Shown here: piece after piece, positions 1 through 10,450 of the stretch
How positions within the stretch are numbered: the first letter of the stretch is position 1
Layout of the letters: every line of letters starts with the position of its first letter
Origin: Candidatus Methanorbis basalitermitum
Lineage (GTDB): Archaea; Halobacteriota; Methanomicrobia; Methanomicrobiales; Methanocorpusculaceae
DNA: 64,000 bases
NCBI GenBank assembly: GCA_031287415.1
Contig: JAITSY010000026.1
Location: forward strand, 3,503 to 67,502
Reading direction: 5' to 3'
The notes under the pieces: generated by a model
What the model was told of the DNA's origin: nothing
What the model saw: only the letters and a program-made list of their open reading frames with translations
The model's database searches: none
Program-made: the position numbers and the translations under genes

Positions 1-165
1 CAACACTGCGTACATGCAAACGTACTCATGATTGGTACTACCATCTGCCTTGGTAAAATACTTAACGTATCTGTCGGGAGGCCGTGAGTTTCCAAAAAGA
101 GGATGGCAGGCTTCGCCTGCTTTGCTGCCTTGCATCGCACAATTTGAAAAAACAGATTCAAAAAA

Positions 166-485
166 CGTGAGTCGGAGTAATAAGCCTCCTTCTGTTCGTT
201 GCGGCATTCGGCTAAGCGTCGTACCCGGACCATGGCGTTCAGGCGCCGCACGAAGATCCTGTTCCAACTTGCACCCGCAGGGATTCGCCGTTCCATCGAT
301 CCCTCTACATCAGCGCTCGACGAGTTAGGTACCGTCTCATTGCTCCATAGAGGACGTGTCGTTTCTGTTCCAGAGCCGTGACTCTCGCCACCCGTGCTTG
401 CACACGGCTGCGCTACCTGAATGGTGGGAGGACTTTCCTCAGCGATCCCGAAATGATCACCGTCGGCCGCATGCTCCCTCTCACG
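166..485 (-). ncRNA. rnpB: RNase P RNA
   Basis: Minus strand has the P4 signatures GAGGAAAGTCC near the 5' end and ACAGAAGGAGGCTTA near the 3' end; termini pair (cgtgag...ctcacg); about 320 nt. Confidence 0.93.
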
Positions 486-560
486 CATGAACATATTACC
501 ACCAGCGGATAATGAAGATACTGACACAACAGCTAAATATCCGCCTACCAAACACTCTCG

Positions 561-2320
561 GTGAGACTTAATCATGCAAAAGATAAAGGAAAGTATCTCC
601 TAATTATCGCAGCCGCAGCGGCGGTCCTTCTTGCTGCTGTGTTCTGCCTCGGGCTTGGCGCACCCTCCGACAATCCAGTTACCATTACCATCTTCCATAC
701 CAATGACATGCACGGAAATGTTGCAGACCTCGCCTACGTCGCCGCCCTCAAATCATCCACACCAAACGCACTGCTTGAGGACGCTGGCGACGCAACGCAT
801 GGAGGACTGCTTGCCACCGCAACCAACGGCATAGCTATCATCACGCTGATGAACACCGCAGGATACGATGTCATGACGCTGGGCAACCATGAACTTGAAA
901 AAGGAGTAGCCCATGCAGCAAAACTTGCCGATATTGCCGATTTTCCGGTTTTTTCGGCAAACACCATCTATCTAAACGGCACCACATGCTTGAACAACAG
1001 TGGAAATCTGATTCTCGAGAGCGGCGGGAAACGGATAGGCTTTTTCGGCATTACTACAACGGAGACGAACGTCCCGTACTCAAAGTTCATCTGCACCGAT
1101 GAGATCGCAGCTGCAAAGAATCAGACGCGCCTTCTTAAAGAGATGGGGGTCGATCTGATTGTTACTCTGGTGCACATCGGCAACGCCTCCTCCTCTTCAC
1201 CGACTTCATATCATCTTGCAATGGCAGTCCCCGAAATCGATCTGATCATCGACGACCACAGCCACACAATCATTCAGGACAAAGTCGGCAACACGACGAT
1301 TGTACAGACCGGTGCCTTCCTGCAGAATCTTGGAAGGGTAAACGTCAGCTTCACCAGTGACGGACCGGTGATCGAAACGTCCCTGATTTCGGCAAAAACG
1401 TTAGAGACCAGGACCGTTGATGCGGCATATGTAGAACTGTATAAGAACCGTTCTGACCTATCCTCATATGGGTATGATCGCATAATCGGCAGCTTGACGG
1501 TCGACCTTATAGCAAACACAGACGACGGGACATGGCTTGCCCACATGCAGGAGACGCCGCTTGGGAATCTGGTGACAGACTCCATGCACTGGGATGCAGA
1601 AAAGACCATGGCCGGAACCGCACGCGGAAAACTGCCAGTGGTTGCAGTGGTCAATGGAGGCGGTATACGGGCAGGTCTTGCGGCAGGAAACTGACACTTG
1701 GCGATGCCTACACCCTGCTTCCCTTCAACACATAAGGTTGTTCTTCTGATCGTTTCGCCAACCGAGCTATATGAGGCTCTGGAGAACAGTGTTTCCTGCC
1801 AGATGCTGACGGCAGGTTCCTTCAGATCAGAGGTATGCAGATGAGTCTGTATCCTCAGACAGCTCCTGGCAGCCGGATTGGTTCTATTGAGCTGCTGACG
1901 GCCGGCTTTTGTCCATTGTGTCACGAGGGATCGATGTCGGGAAACAGAAACAATCGATGCTCTCTCCCCTGGGAGCGACTGGATCGCAATGATACGGCAA
2001 CAGAGCTCGTGCTTGCTACCAACAGCTATGTTGCCTCTGGCGCAGAAGGCTATGGTATGTTTGCCAGAAAACATCCCTCTGAGGGGTCGATGGTGGATGC
2101 GGCGGTGTTTGCGGATTATCTGACAGTTTTGACCAAAGAGGGTGGCGGCAGCTTCACCTACTCTGAACCGGAGAAACGGATTCAGACGCCTGGGAACATC
2201 CCGCTGGACGTCCCAGTTTATCGTACCAATATCTCTCCTGCTGAGGAAATGTTTGGTGAGGATCAGTTCTCCCCTATGCAACAGGTAATAGCACTGTATT
2301 CCAATAAAAGAGTACCATGA
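561..2320 (+). pseudogene. Secreted bifunctional metallophosphatase/5'-nucleotidase, frameshifted
   Basis: Signal peptide, HTNDMHG, DAGD, GNHE, ETPLGNLVTD, NGGGIRA; the C-terminal domain continues in other frames (LTLGDAYTLLPFN; ATNSYVASGAEGY); GGHSH is altered to DDHSH. Confidence 0.8.
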
Positions 2321-2892
2321 ATCTCCTGACAGATACAGACGGACAGTTTGCCCTTGCCCGGGCGAGGGCGCTAACTGAGGTGGCGGTGCAGCAAAAGCCT
2401 GCTGCAGAGATCATCTATCCTCCGGAATTTGCCGTTCCACGCGGCGTATTTGTCACGCTGACGAAGTTTGGCGTGTTGCGGGGATGCATGGGGGTTCCCT
2501 ATCCGGTGATGCTTCTGTCCGAGGCGCTGGAAGACGCAGCGGTCTCAGCAGCGGTCCGCGACCCAAGATTTCGGCCGGTCTCTCCCACAGAACTGCCTAA
2601 CATATCCCTTGAAGTGACGGTACTTACCCAACCCGAAGCCCTCATCTGCCAACCAGCCAAACGGCCCGAACATGTGAAGGTTGGCCACCACGGACTGATT
2701 GCAAAAGCCGGCAGCCACAGTGGACTTCTCCTGCCGCAGGTCGCAGCCGAGTACGGCTGGACTCCGACAGAATTTCTCAACCAGACCTGCAGCAAGGCGG
2801 GAATCTCGCCATCCGCATGGCGGGAAAACTCCTGTAGCATCTTTTTGTTTGAAGGGCAAATATTTGCGGAGAAAAAGAGAAGGAAGAGATGA
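2317..2892 (+). CDS. AMMECR1/AmmeMemoRadiSam protein A family (TIGR00296-like)
   Basis: GVFVTL, LRGCMG, DPRF, GLLLPQVA, FEGQIFAE motifs. Confidence 0.9.
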   Translation: MNLLTDTDGQFALARARALTEVAVQQKPAAEIIYPPEFAVPRGVFVTLTKFGVLRGCMGVPYPVMLLSEALEDAAVSAAVRDPRFRPVSPTELPNISLEVTVLTQPEALICQPAKRPEHVKVGHHGLIAKAGSHSGLLLPQVAAEYGWTPTEFLNQTCSKAGISPSAWRENSCSIFLFEGQIFAEKKRRKR

Positions 2893-3018
2893 CCTGCCTG
2901 CAGCTGCAAGCAACATTTCCGTGCGGGGGCAGATATTATCTGGGGGAGGAGAGATACAGGAGTTTAATATCCCTTCTCATCAAATAAGTAATATCTTTTT
3001 CCAGGGGAGATATCCGGG

Positions 3019-4464
3019 ATGGGCATATATTTTGAAGTAATCCACAAAGACATCGCCGGACGCCTCGGCAAACTGAAAGTCGGCGGCAAAATTATCAAAA
3101 CACCGGCACTGTTGCCAGTCGTCAACCCGCATCTGCAGATAATCCATCCGGCAGAGATGAAAAAGCTGGGCATTGAGGGCATCATCACGAATGCCTACAT
3201 CATCTCCAAAAGCGATGAATTTCGGCACCAGGCGCTCGAACGTGGTCTGCACGATCTGCTGGACTTCGACGGACTGATCATGACCGACTCGGGATCATTT
3301 CAGATGTCAGTTTACGGCAGTGTGGACATCACAAATGAGCAGACGCTCTCCTTCCAGCGGGACATCGGCTCGGATATCTGGGTTCCTTTAGACATTCCGA
3401 CGCATCCTGACGCCCCTCGTGGCGAAGTCGCCACCCAGATGGATATCACAATGGACCGCATGCGGGAAGCAAGGACTATCTTCGGCCCGGACGCGCCGAT
3501 TTCAGGGCCAGTGCAGGGTGCGATCTTCGAGGATCTCCGCGAGTCAGCGGGCCGTAGAGTCTCCGGCATGGGCTTTGCCTACTGCCCGATCGGTGCGGTT
3601 GTTCCTTTAATGGAGGCCTACCGGTACCGGGAACTTGTCAATGTTATCCTTGCCGCAAAAAAGGGCCTTAATTCTGGCTCCTGCGTGCACCTGTTTGGTG
3701 CGGGTCATCCGTCGATGTTTGCCCTTGCGGTCGCCCTCGGTTGTGACGTCTTCGACTCGGCAGCCTATGCTCTGTATGCAAAAGAAGGCCGCTACATTAC
3801 GCCGTCCGGCACGCTGAAGCTTGACGAGATGAGTGAACTGCCGTGTGCCTGCCAGATCTGCCGGTCGCATACGGCAGACGAGCTCCGCAAATCACCCGAC
3901 CGCCAGAAACTGCTCGCCTGCCACAATCTCGCCATCACCATGGCTGAGATCTCCCGTGTCCGTGCCGCTGTGCAGGAGGGAACACTCTGGGAACTGGTTG
4001 ACGAACGCTGCCGTGCCCATCCCCGTCTGCTGGACGGCTACCACCGTTTGCTGGAACGTGTCCTCGAACTGAAACACCTTGACCGTGCCACCAAACGCCG
4101 ATTTTTCTATCGGGGTGCAGAATCCTGCGACCGGACGGAGGTAACCCGGTATCATGAGATGATCCCCCGCGTAAAATTGGCAGGAACTGCGCTAATTGAT
4201 GCTGGAGGCCCAATCCCCTCACATTTTCCCGAGATAATCGAGTTCAAGCCTCCGTTCGGTCCAGTGCCCTATGAACTATCCGAAACCTTCCCGGTCGGTC
4301 CCTGTGAGATTCCTTCATGGGACGAGACAATGGTGGCCTGCGGCATCAAAGGCCTCGCCGCCCTTCTCGCAGCCAATACCAGCACCAAAGTTACCATCTC
4401 AACAACCTCCCGCTGGGAGCAGATGTTCCAATCTGCCTTCCCAGACTGCGAGGTCATCACATGA
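3019..4464 (+). CDS. tgtA: Archaeosine tRNA-guanine(15) transglycosylase
   Basis: TPALLPVVNP, MTDSGSFQ, HLFGAGHP, DVFDSAAY, CxCxxC...HN zinc site. Confidence 0.95.
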   Translation: MGIYFEVIHKDIAGRLGKLKVGGKIIKTPALLPVVNPHLQIIHPAEMKKLGIEGIITNAYIISKSDEFRHQALERGLHDLLDFDGLIMTDSGSFQMSVYGSVDITNEQTLSFQRDIGSDIWVPLDIPTHPDAPRGEVATQMDITMDRMREARTIFGPDAPISGPVQGAIFEDLRESAGRRVSGMGFAYCPIGAVVPLMEAYRYRELVNVILAAKKGLNSGSCVHLFGAGHPSMFALAVALGCDVFDSAAYALYAKEGRYITPSGTLKLDEMSELPCACQICRSHTADELRKSPDRQKLLACHNLAITMAEISRVRAAVQEGTLWELVDERCRAHPRLLDGYHRLLERVLELKHLDRATKRRFFYRGAESCDRTEVTRYHEMIPRVKLAGTALIDAGGPIPSHFPEIIEFKPPFGPVPYELSETFPVGPCEIPSWDETMVACGIKGLAALLAANTSTKVTISTTSRWEQMFQSAFPDCEVIT

Positions 4465-6089
4465 GTATCTTCGATGTGAGAATACGTGACGGTCTTGCAA
4501 GAATAGGGGTGCTCCGTGTAGGCGAAGAAGAGATCCGCACACCTGCCGCTGCTGAGACGACAAAACTTTTCCCCTCGCTTCTCTGCCGACCACTCACCAA
4601 TCTACCGCCCTCAGCCTCACTGCCCGACGTGGACGCCTATTATGTACCGGGACATGAACCAGTTGCATTTCATCCGCGGGCCGCCTGTACTGCAGTTTCC
4701 GGTGAAGTAATCCTGATCTCTGGCTGGCACCAGACATTGGGTGACGCCCGCAAATATGCTGAATATCTTTCGGCTGTCCTTGCAGGTACTCCACCGGACA
4801 CTGCCAGGTACGCCCCGGCCTGCGCCCTGCCATCAAATGTTGCGATGCTGATTGCCACCGGCTTTGATCTTTTTGACTACATCGCGGCTGATCTTGCCTC
4901 GATGAGAGGGAGGTTCTGCATGCCAGAAGGAGAATTCAACGCCTCTTATATGAAAAAAGGCATCTGCGGCTGTGAAGGCTGCCGGATGGGAGACCTGCTC
5001 AGTCATAATCGGTTCGCCCTTGATCGGGAAATCACCCTCGTCAAAACATGGATCGAGATGGGCCAGGTACGGGAACTTTTCGAGCAACGGTGCAGACTGC
5101 ACGCTGAACAGGTCAGTCTGCTGCGGCATCTTGACCGATACGTATTCACCGCTGCGGCACTTCCTGTCGTCCGTTCATCACGATTCATGGCAAACTCCGG
5201 CGAGTCCCTGACCCGTCCAGAGATAGCCTTCTTCATGGATCGGGTGATCAATCGTTTTGTTCCTTCGCGAAACGACGTGTGTGTTCTTCTGCCCTGTGCA
5301 GCGCGAAAACCCTACTCCCTGTCAAAAACGCATCAGAGGTTCCAGAAGGTCATCGAAGGACGGGCACACGAGGTTATTATCACCTCGCCATTAGGCGTTG
5401 TTCCCCGCGAACTGGAGCTGATCTACCCGGCGGGCCACTATGATGTGCCGGTCATCGGTTACTGGAACCGCGAGGAGTCGGCAATTCTTGCCAAATATGT
5501 GGCGGCATATCTAACAAAGCACCGGTATAAGCGAGTCATCTGCCATCTTGAAGGCGGGGCAAAAGCTGTTGCTGTTGCTGCTGCGGAAGATGCAGGCATC
5601 ACTCTTGAGTTCAGCTGCATGGATGACCGTCCCTCCTCGCCCGACTCACTGTTGATCTTGGATAATGCGTTAAAGGACTGCCGCAAACAGAGATCAGATC
5701 CCATTCGTGGGATATTTGCCTGGCAGTTCGGCAAACTTGTCGATACGAAAGGCTGGATCACCAAAGGCCGATATCCAAACCAGAAGATCTATGAAAAAAA
5801 ACAGCAGCTTTTCTCCATTGATGCTGCAACCGGCCTGTTGCGCCCAACAATGGGCGGATGGCGGTTTGTTTCCGGCTACCGCGTCACCATCTGCGGGGGA
5901 TTTGTTCCGCAGGGTGACATTCTTGTCCCAGGTGTTGCCGACTGCGACCCAAACATCCGGGAGGGTGACGAGGTGTATGTGATCGGGCCCAGTTATGCTG
6001 CGACCGGCAGAGCAGAGATGAGTGCAGATGAGATGCTCCGTTCCTCCCGCGGCATCGCCGTTCGCGTGCGAAAGACAAAAAAAGATTAG
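4461..6089 (+). CDS. arcS: Archaeosine synthase subunit alpha with C-terminal PUA domain
   Basis: ATG overlaps the tgtA stop; LLPCAARKPYSLSKTH, TSPLGVVPRELE, YDVPV; PUA domain. Confidence 0.9.
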   Translation: MSIFDVRIRDGLARIGVLRVGEEEIRTPAAAETTKLFPSLLCRPLTNLPPSASLPDVDAYYVPGHEPVAFHPRAACTAVSGEVILISGWHQTLGDARKYAEYLSAVLAGTPPDTARYAPACALPSNVAMLIATGFDLFDYIAADLASMRGRFCMPEGEFNASYMKKGICGCEGCRMGDLLSHNRFALDREITLVKTWIEMGQVRELFEQRCRLHAEQVSLLRHLDRYVFTAAALPVVRSSRFMANSGESLTRPEIAFFMDRVINRFVPSRNDVCVLLPCAARKPYSLSKTHQRFQKVIEGRAHEVIITSPLGVVPRELELIYPAGHYDVPVIGYWNREESAILAKYVAAYLTKHRYKRVICHLEGGAKAVAVAAAEDAGITLEFSCMDDRPSSPDSLLILDNALKDCRKQRSDPIRGIFAWQFGKLVDTKGWITKGRYPNQKIYEKKQQLFSIDAATGLLRPTMGGWRFVSGYRVTICGGFVPQGDILVPGVADCDPNIREGDEVYVIGPSYAATGRAEMSADEMLRSSRGIAVRVRKTKKD

Positions 6090-6092
6090 ACG

Positions 6093-6203
6093 TGTCGATT
6101 TTAGAGGAAATATATAAATAAGCTTCAGTTCTCTATTGATATAGACAGATATATTTCAGATTTGAAGAACAATTTCCATTCAAACTGATAATTCCGAAAA
6201 ATT
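6093..6203 (+). repeat. Repeat family A copy 1 (111-bp AT-rich dispersed element)
   Basis: Aligns without gaps to 12103-12213 and to the reverse complement of 22066-22176. Confidence 0.92.
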
Positions 6204-6204
6204 G

Positions 6205-6260
6205 AGTTGCGGGGTTGCTAACCCCCATGCGGGAGCAACTGCCCCGCCAGCCATACAACT
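6205..6260 (+). repeat. TGCA-rich family B-related short element
   Basis: Starts agttgc, ends gccatacaact like family B right ends. Confidence 0.55.
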
Positions 6261-6346
6261 CAAACCGGCTACAGGTAGAGCCGCAATACAATCAATAAGA
6301 TACAACACAACTTCATTATCCCATCAGATCCAATACAGTTCCATTA

Positions 6347-8356
6347 ATGGCATCCGTCGCCGACTATTTCCCGTACCAGTCCTTCCGCAAAAACCAGAAA
6401 GAAATGCTGGAGGCAGCGGCAAAAACCGCTCGGGATGGAGGCATCCTGATGATAGACGCTCCGACCGGCAGCGGCAAGTCAAGCGTCATTGCTTCTCTCC
6501 TTGCCGAGGCAAACGGCAAAAAGATCTTTGTCGCTGTCCGCACCATCTCTCAGCTGCAAATCTTTATCCGGGAACTCGAACTCATCCGACAGAAGAAAAA
6601 GAAAGATCTCAAGTTCGTCTATCTCATCGGTAAAGGAAACATGTGTCCACTCGGAGGCTATGGTGATGTCTATCGCCGGTGCCAGGGTGTCAAGGCCTTT
6701 TCAACAGCTCTCATGCATGAGCGTGCTGACCGCGGCTCAATGATTCCAGCAAAGGACAAAATGATTCTTGAGCAAATCCGCAGGCAGGATCGCGACCACC
6801 CAATGCTCTGCCCATACTTCATCAGCAGCCGCGTCTTCGTGCAGAGCGAGGATGGCGGTCGACGGATGATTCCCTCGCAGGAGATGCGAACGAAGTCCGA
6901 GCAGGCACAGAAGGGAGTTGTCATGCCAGGTGATCTCCATGAGTTTGCCGGAAACGTCTGTCCGTACGATCTTATGCTCTCCGCTGCCCGCGGTGCGGAT
7001 GTTGTCATCCTCAACTACCATCATCTCTTCAGCGACGACATCCGCGAACAATTATACGTGACACTCCAATGCGAACCGGCCGATGTCATGCTGTTATTAG
7101 ACGAGGCCCACAATCTCGGTGATATCGTGCAGGGCATCCAAAGCATCCGTTTAAGTGAGAATGACATTGAAAGCGCCTCATATGAACTTGCCTCCACCCG
7201 AGGAAAAGTTCGTGGAGCAGATGCCGTCCGGCACGTTCTGCCTCGGATTGCGGAGTTCATGAATGGCCTCAAACGCTCCAACGAAGCAGAGGACTGGTTT
7301 GATCCGGCAATTTTCAACCGACTACTCATCAAAGGTTCACTCTACGAAAAATTCGATGGCATCCTCGATGATCTTCTATCGATTAAAGAGACACTTCGCG
7401 AGGCAAGCATTCAGAAAGCAGACTACCGGGAAACAGCAATCGAGCGGCTGTGTGAATTTCTGTTCCGCATCTACCGATCCTCCTCCAATCCGGCATTTCT
7501 TACCATCTACGTCAAGGACGGCGAATTGGTGATCCTTGAGGTCAGAAACATCGACCCAGCCAATCGGTTGCAGGAAATGGTCACGATGCATGCTGCAACC
7601 GTTCTTATCAGCGGAACGCTTGCACCAGTCGAGGCTTACCGGAGCTATTATTTTGGAGAGTTGCCAGTGGCAACTCTTTCACTGCCAAACTCCTTCCCTA
7701 AAGAAAATCGGCTGATTCTCGCAAGCCACGACATCACCACCGCATTCTCGCGGCGGCAGAATACAGTGAACACGCAAGCTATCGTCACCTACATCCTCGC
7801 GTTTGCAAAACTGCCAGGGAACGTTGCAATCTACTTTCCGTCGTACCAGCTCCAGTCACAATTTGCCAAACTCTGCGACGGTAAAATCAGGACCAAACAG
7901 GTGTTCATCGAGCCACGAGAGACTGAGGAAGCGAATGCCGCCCTCAAGGAGTTTGTGCTGTTACCCGCAAAGCGGAAGTCTGGCATTATGTTTGCTGTCT
8001 GCGGCGGTAAGTGGAGTGAAGGTTTAGACTACCGGGGAGACCAACTGACCGCTGCTATGGTGATCGGTCTGCCTCTCGCCCCGTTTACCAGGGTGCGGAG
8101 GATGGTTAACAGCTACTTTTGCCGCAAGTTCGGTGATAACGGAGAGTTCATCGCCTATACGCTCCCTGCAATGAACAAAGCCATGCAAGCGCTTGGCCGC
8201 GTTCTCCGCACCGAGACCGATCGGGGCGTTCTCATTCTCGGCGAGGAACGGTTCTTGGCTCCCGAGATCTTCTCAGGCCTGCCGCCATGGATGAAAGCTG
8301 AACTTCGGGAATGCGATGCTGACACACTTGCCGGAATCCTTGCCAAATGGAAGTGA
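6347..8356 (+). CDS. xpd: XPD/Rad3 Fe-S DNA helicase
   Basis: APTGSGKS, four Fe-S Cys (NMCP, RRCQ, LCPY, VCPY), DEAH, SGTL, SEGLDY, QALGRVLR. Confidence 0.92.
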   Translation: MASVADYFPYQSFRKNQKEMLEAAAKTARDGGILMIDAPTGSGKSSVIASLLAEANGKKIFVAVRTISQLQIFIRELELIRQKKKKDLKFVYLIGKGNMCPLGGYGDVYRRCQGVKAFSTALMHERADRGSMIPAKDKMILEQIRRQDRDHPMLCPYFISSRVFVQSEDGGRRMIPSQEMRTKSEQAQKGVVMPGDLHEFAGNVCPYDLMLSAARGADVVILNYHHLFSDDIREQLYVTLQCEPADVMLLLDEAHNLGDIVQGIQSIRLSENDIESASYELASTRGKVRGADAVRHVLPRIAEFMNGLKRSNEAEDWFDPAIFNRLLIKGSLYEKFDGILDDLLSIKETLREASIQKADYRETAIERLCEFLFRIYRSSSNPAFLTIYVKDGELVILEVRNIDPANRLQEMVTMHAATVLISGTLAPVEAYRSYYFGELPVATLSLPNSFPKENRLILASHDITTAFSRRQNTVNTQAIVTYILAFAKLPGNVAIYFPSYQLQSQFAKLCDGKIRTKQVFIEPRETEEANAALKEFVLLPAKRKSGIMFAVCGGKWSEGLDYRGDQLTAAMVIGLPLAPFTRVRRMVNSYFCRKFGDNGEFIAYTLPAMNKAMQALGRVLRTETDRGVLILGEERFLAPEIFSGLPPWMKAELRECDADTLAGILAKWK

Positions 8357-8363
8357 AAGAGTG

Positions 8364-8891
8364 ATGCAGACAGGTGCGTGCAGTTTTGGGTTGTGGATGG
8401 TGACCATCTCTTGGGAGGGAAACATTGTGTATCAGGTGCATTTCGCCCGTTCCGCCCAGGCAGGGCCGGTGCCCATGCAGTTCACAAAATTTCTTGCAGG
8501 GAGGACCAACAGCTTCCTGCCTCTGATATCGGCGGTGATTGCCGAAAGCAGCACGGCAGCAAGTAGGCAGATGGCAGTCAGTAACCCAGCGGGGTTGCAA
8601 CACTTCCCACTTGGGGACTGCTGCAGTTCAATCTACACCCGAATTTATGCAGCGGTATCGCAGATTCCTTACGGTGAGACGCGGACGTATCGTGAGATCG
8701 CCCTTTCTGCCAGCACGCACCCAAGAGTCGTCGGTAATGCCATGGCGAAAAACCCAACCGCCCTCATTGTCCCCTGCCATCGGGTCATCGCCTCTAACGG
8801 AACACTTGGAGGATTTACCCCCGATTTGCAGATCAAAAAGGATCTTCTGCGGATGGAAGCAGCAAAAAGGCGTACCTTCGGCAAGTCCTGA
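8364..8891 (+). CDS. ogt: Methylated-DNA-protein-cysteine methyltransferase, with a probable internal insertion of about 26 aa
   Basis: IPYGETRTY, RVVGNAM, NP, PCHRV active site. Confidence 0.9.
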   Translation: MQTGACSFGLWMVTISWEGNIVYQVHFARSAQAGPVPMQFTKFLAGRTNSFLPLISAVIAESSTAASRQMAVSNPAGLQHFPLGDCCSSIYTRIYAAVSQIPYGETRTYREIALSASTHPRVVGNAMAKNPTALIVPCHRVIASNGTLGGFTPDLQIKKDLLRMEAAKRRTFGKS

Positions 8892-9009
8892 CCCCAAACA
8901 AAGCGACAAGAGGCAAGCAGCAGTCTACCACATCCAGCTTGAGGATTGTAACAAACGAACATTTATCTTCATATCTGATAATGATATAAATATAGTAGGT
9001 ATCAGAGGC

Positions 9010-10320
9010 ATGGCTGACAATAATAGTGCAGGAGGTCCAAACCGATATCGCAAGCTATCGGGTATCGGCATCTTGAAACGGCTGTTTTCCTGGGATAAGG
9101 TGCAGTATGAGATAGTTCTCGCGGAAAATGAATATCTGGAGATTGCGGGATCACTATCTACCGCCAATAAAAATATCGAACGATTTAAATACGAAATTGC
9201 CGATTTTACCGAAAAACTCGCCAAAGAAATCGCCGCGCATGAACTCCTAAAGGACAGTTACGAAACCAATAGCAAAAACTGGGCTGAGGATGCAGAGTGC
9301 AAAGCTGTCGCCCTCAAAAAACAGCAAATGGCTCTTGAAGCGGAACTTGCAGATGCAATCGGCAGGGGTGCGAAGCTGGAAATCCGTCTTACACAAAAGG
9401 AGTCTGAGTTATCGGAAAAGACCGAATGCTACGACACGCTCACCGCCGAGTACACTGCCCTCCTGCACAAAAAGAATGAGGCCCTTGACCGTCTTGCCTC
9501 CTCCGAAGAAGCTATCAACTGCCTCAATGCAGAGTTCAAGGAGAGGAGCCGCCTGTTTGTGCCAACTATCCATGAACTTACGCGGACAGTTGACTCCGGA
9601 AAGTATCAGCGTGAATGCGATTTAATGGAGATTCATCGTCTCAAGACCATGCTCGATGCCAGCGGGAAGGAGATTGCTTGCTTGACGCAGGAGCTGAACG
9701 CCCTAAAGGACACCAAGAAGCAGATGCTCACCGAGATCAACCGAATGGGATTTGTATCCATTCAGACCGCCTCTGAAAACCGGCAGAAACAGGAGCAGCT
9801 CAAAGAGGAACAGGCAAAACTCGTGAAAGAGATCAATCAGATCAAACAGACAAAGCAGTCCCTTCAGTCTGATCTCTCCGAAAAACAGCAGACACTCTCC
9901 ACATACTCTGCCATCACCGATGAGATCATCAGGGAGTGGAAAATGCACGGTGACCGGACAAAAGCCTGCATCGCCAAAGCGGCAGGTACTATTCCTGCCG
10001 AGGAGAAGTACGGATTCCTTGCCCTGGTGAGCGGTCATCCTGTTGCCTTTGTGGCATTTTCTCCTGCATCGTATGAGGAGCTGAGAGGAGCTGATGCGAT
10101 GGTCCGCGAGGCTGCAAAGAAACTGGCAAACTCCGTTGCATCGATCAACTGCCGCAAGGAAGCATTTGTTGTTGTGCCAGACGAGTGCATGATGTACATC
10201 ACCAAAAGCATGTATGCCTCGCATGTCTGCTCGGTACAGGTTATCACGCCGTCGCAGATTATTGCAGTGGTCCGGATGATCGCCCAGTTTGTGATCTACG
10301 AAAAGACACAGACCAGGTAA
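9010..10320 (+). CDS. Coiled-coil protein with degenerate RmuC-like C-terminal domain (paralog 1)
   Basis: N-terminal RLFSW motif, long heptad region, EAFVVVP...VQVITP shared with the next ORF; ATG at 9010 after an AT-rich promoter region. Confidence 0.7.
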   Translation: MADNNSAGGPNRYRKLSGIGILKRLFSWDKVQYEIVLAENEYLEIAGSLSTANKNIERFKYEIADFTEKLAKEIAAHELLKDSYETNSKNWAEDAECKAVALKKQQMALEAELADAIGRGAKLEIRLTQKESELSEKTECYDTLTAEYTALLHKKNEALDRLASSEEAINCLNAEFKERSRLFVPTIHELTRTVDSGKYQRECDLMEIHRLKTMLDASGKEIACLTQELNALKDTKKQMLTEINRMGFVSIQTASENRQKQEQLKEEQAKLVKEINQIKQTKQSLQSDLSEKQQTLSTYSAITDEIIREWKMHGDRTKACIAKAAGTIPAEEKYGFLALVSGHPVAFVAFSPASYEELRGADAMVREAAKKLANSVASINCRKEAFVVVPDECMMYITKSMYASHVCSVQVITPSQIIAVVRMIAQFVIYEKTQTR

Positions 10321-10450
10321 CTCTTTGCTCTCTGTTCTTTTCCTCAAATTGGAAGCAAAACCGTGGGGCTGCAGCACTTCCCATGCAGGGGTTGCAACGA
10401 ATGCGCATGTATTATCTGATAGGACACCCATACAATTCTCTGATTAGATT

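Noticed and set aside
1905-1970. Possible hairpin insertion in the 5'-nucleotidase pseudogene
   Set aside because: Imperfect stem, no match to the repeat families, and cannot be verified without orthologs
6150-6186. Family A core (reverse strand GTTTGAAT...CTGAAAT) resembles a CRISPR repeat
   Set aside because: Copies are isolated, kilobases apart, embedded in longer conserved flanks, with no spacers and no cas genes
8539-9009. 157-aa N-terminal extension of the 593-aa ORF
   Set aside because: Overlaps ogt in another frame and crosses an AT-rich promoter region; ATG 9010 matches the paralog's start
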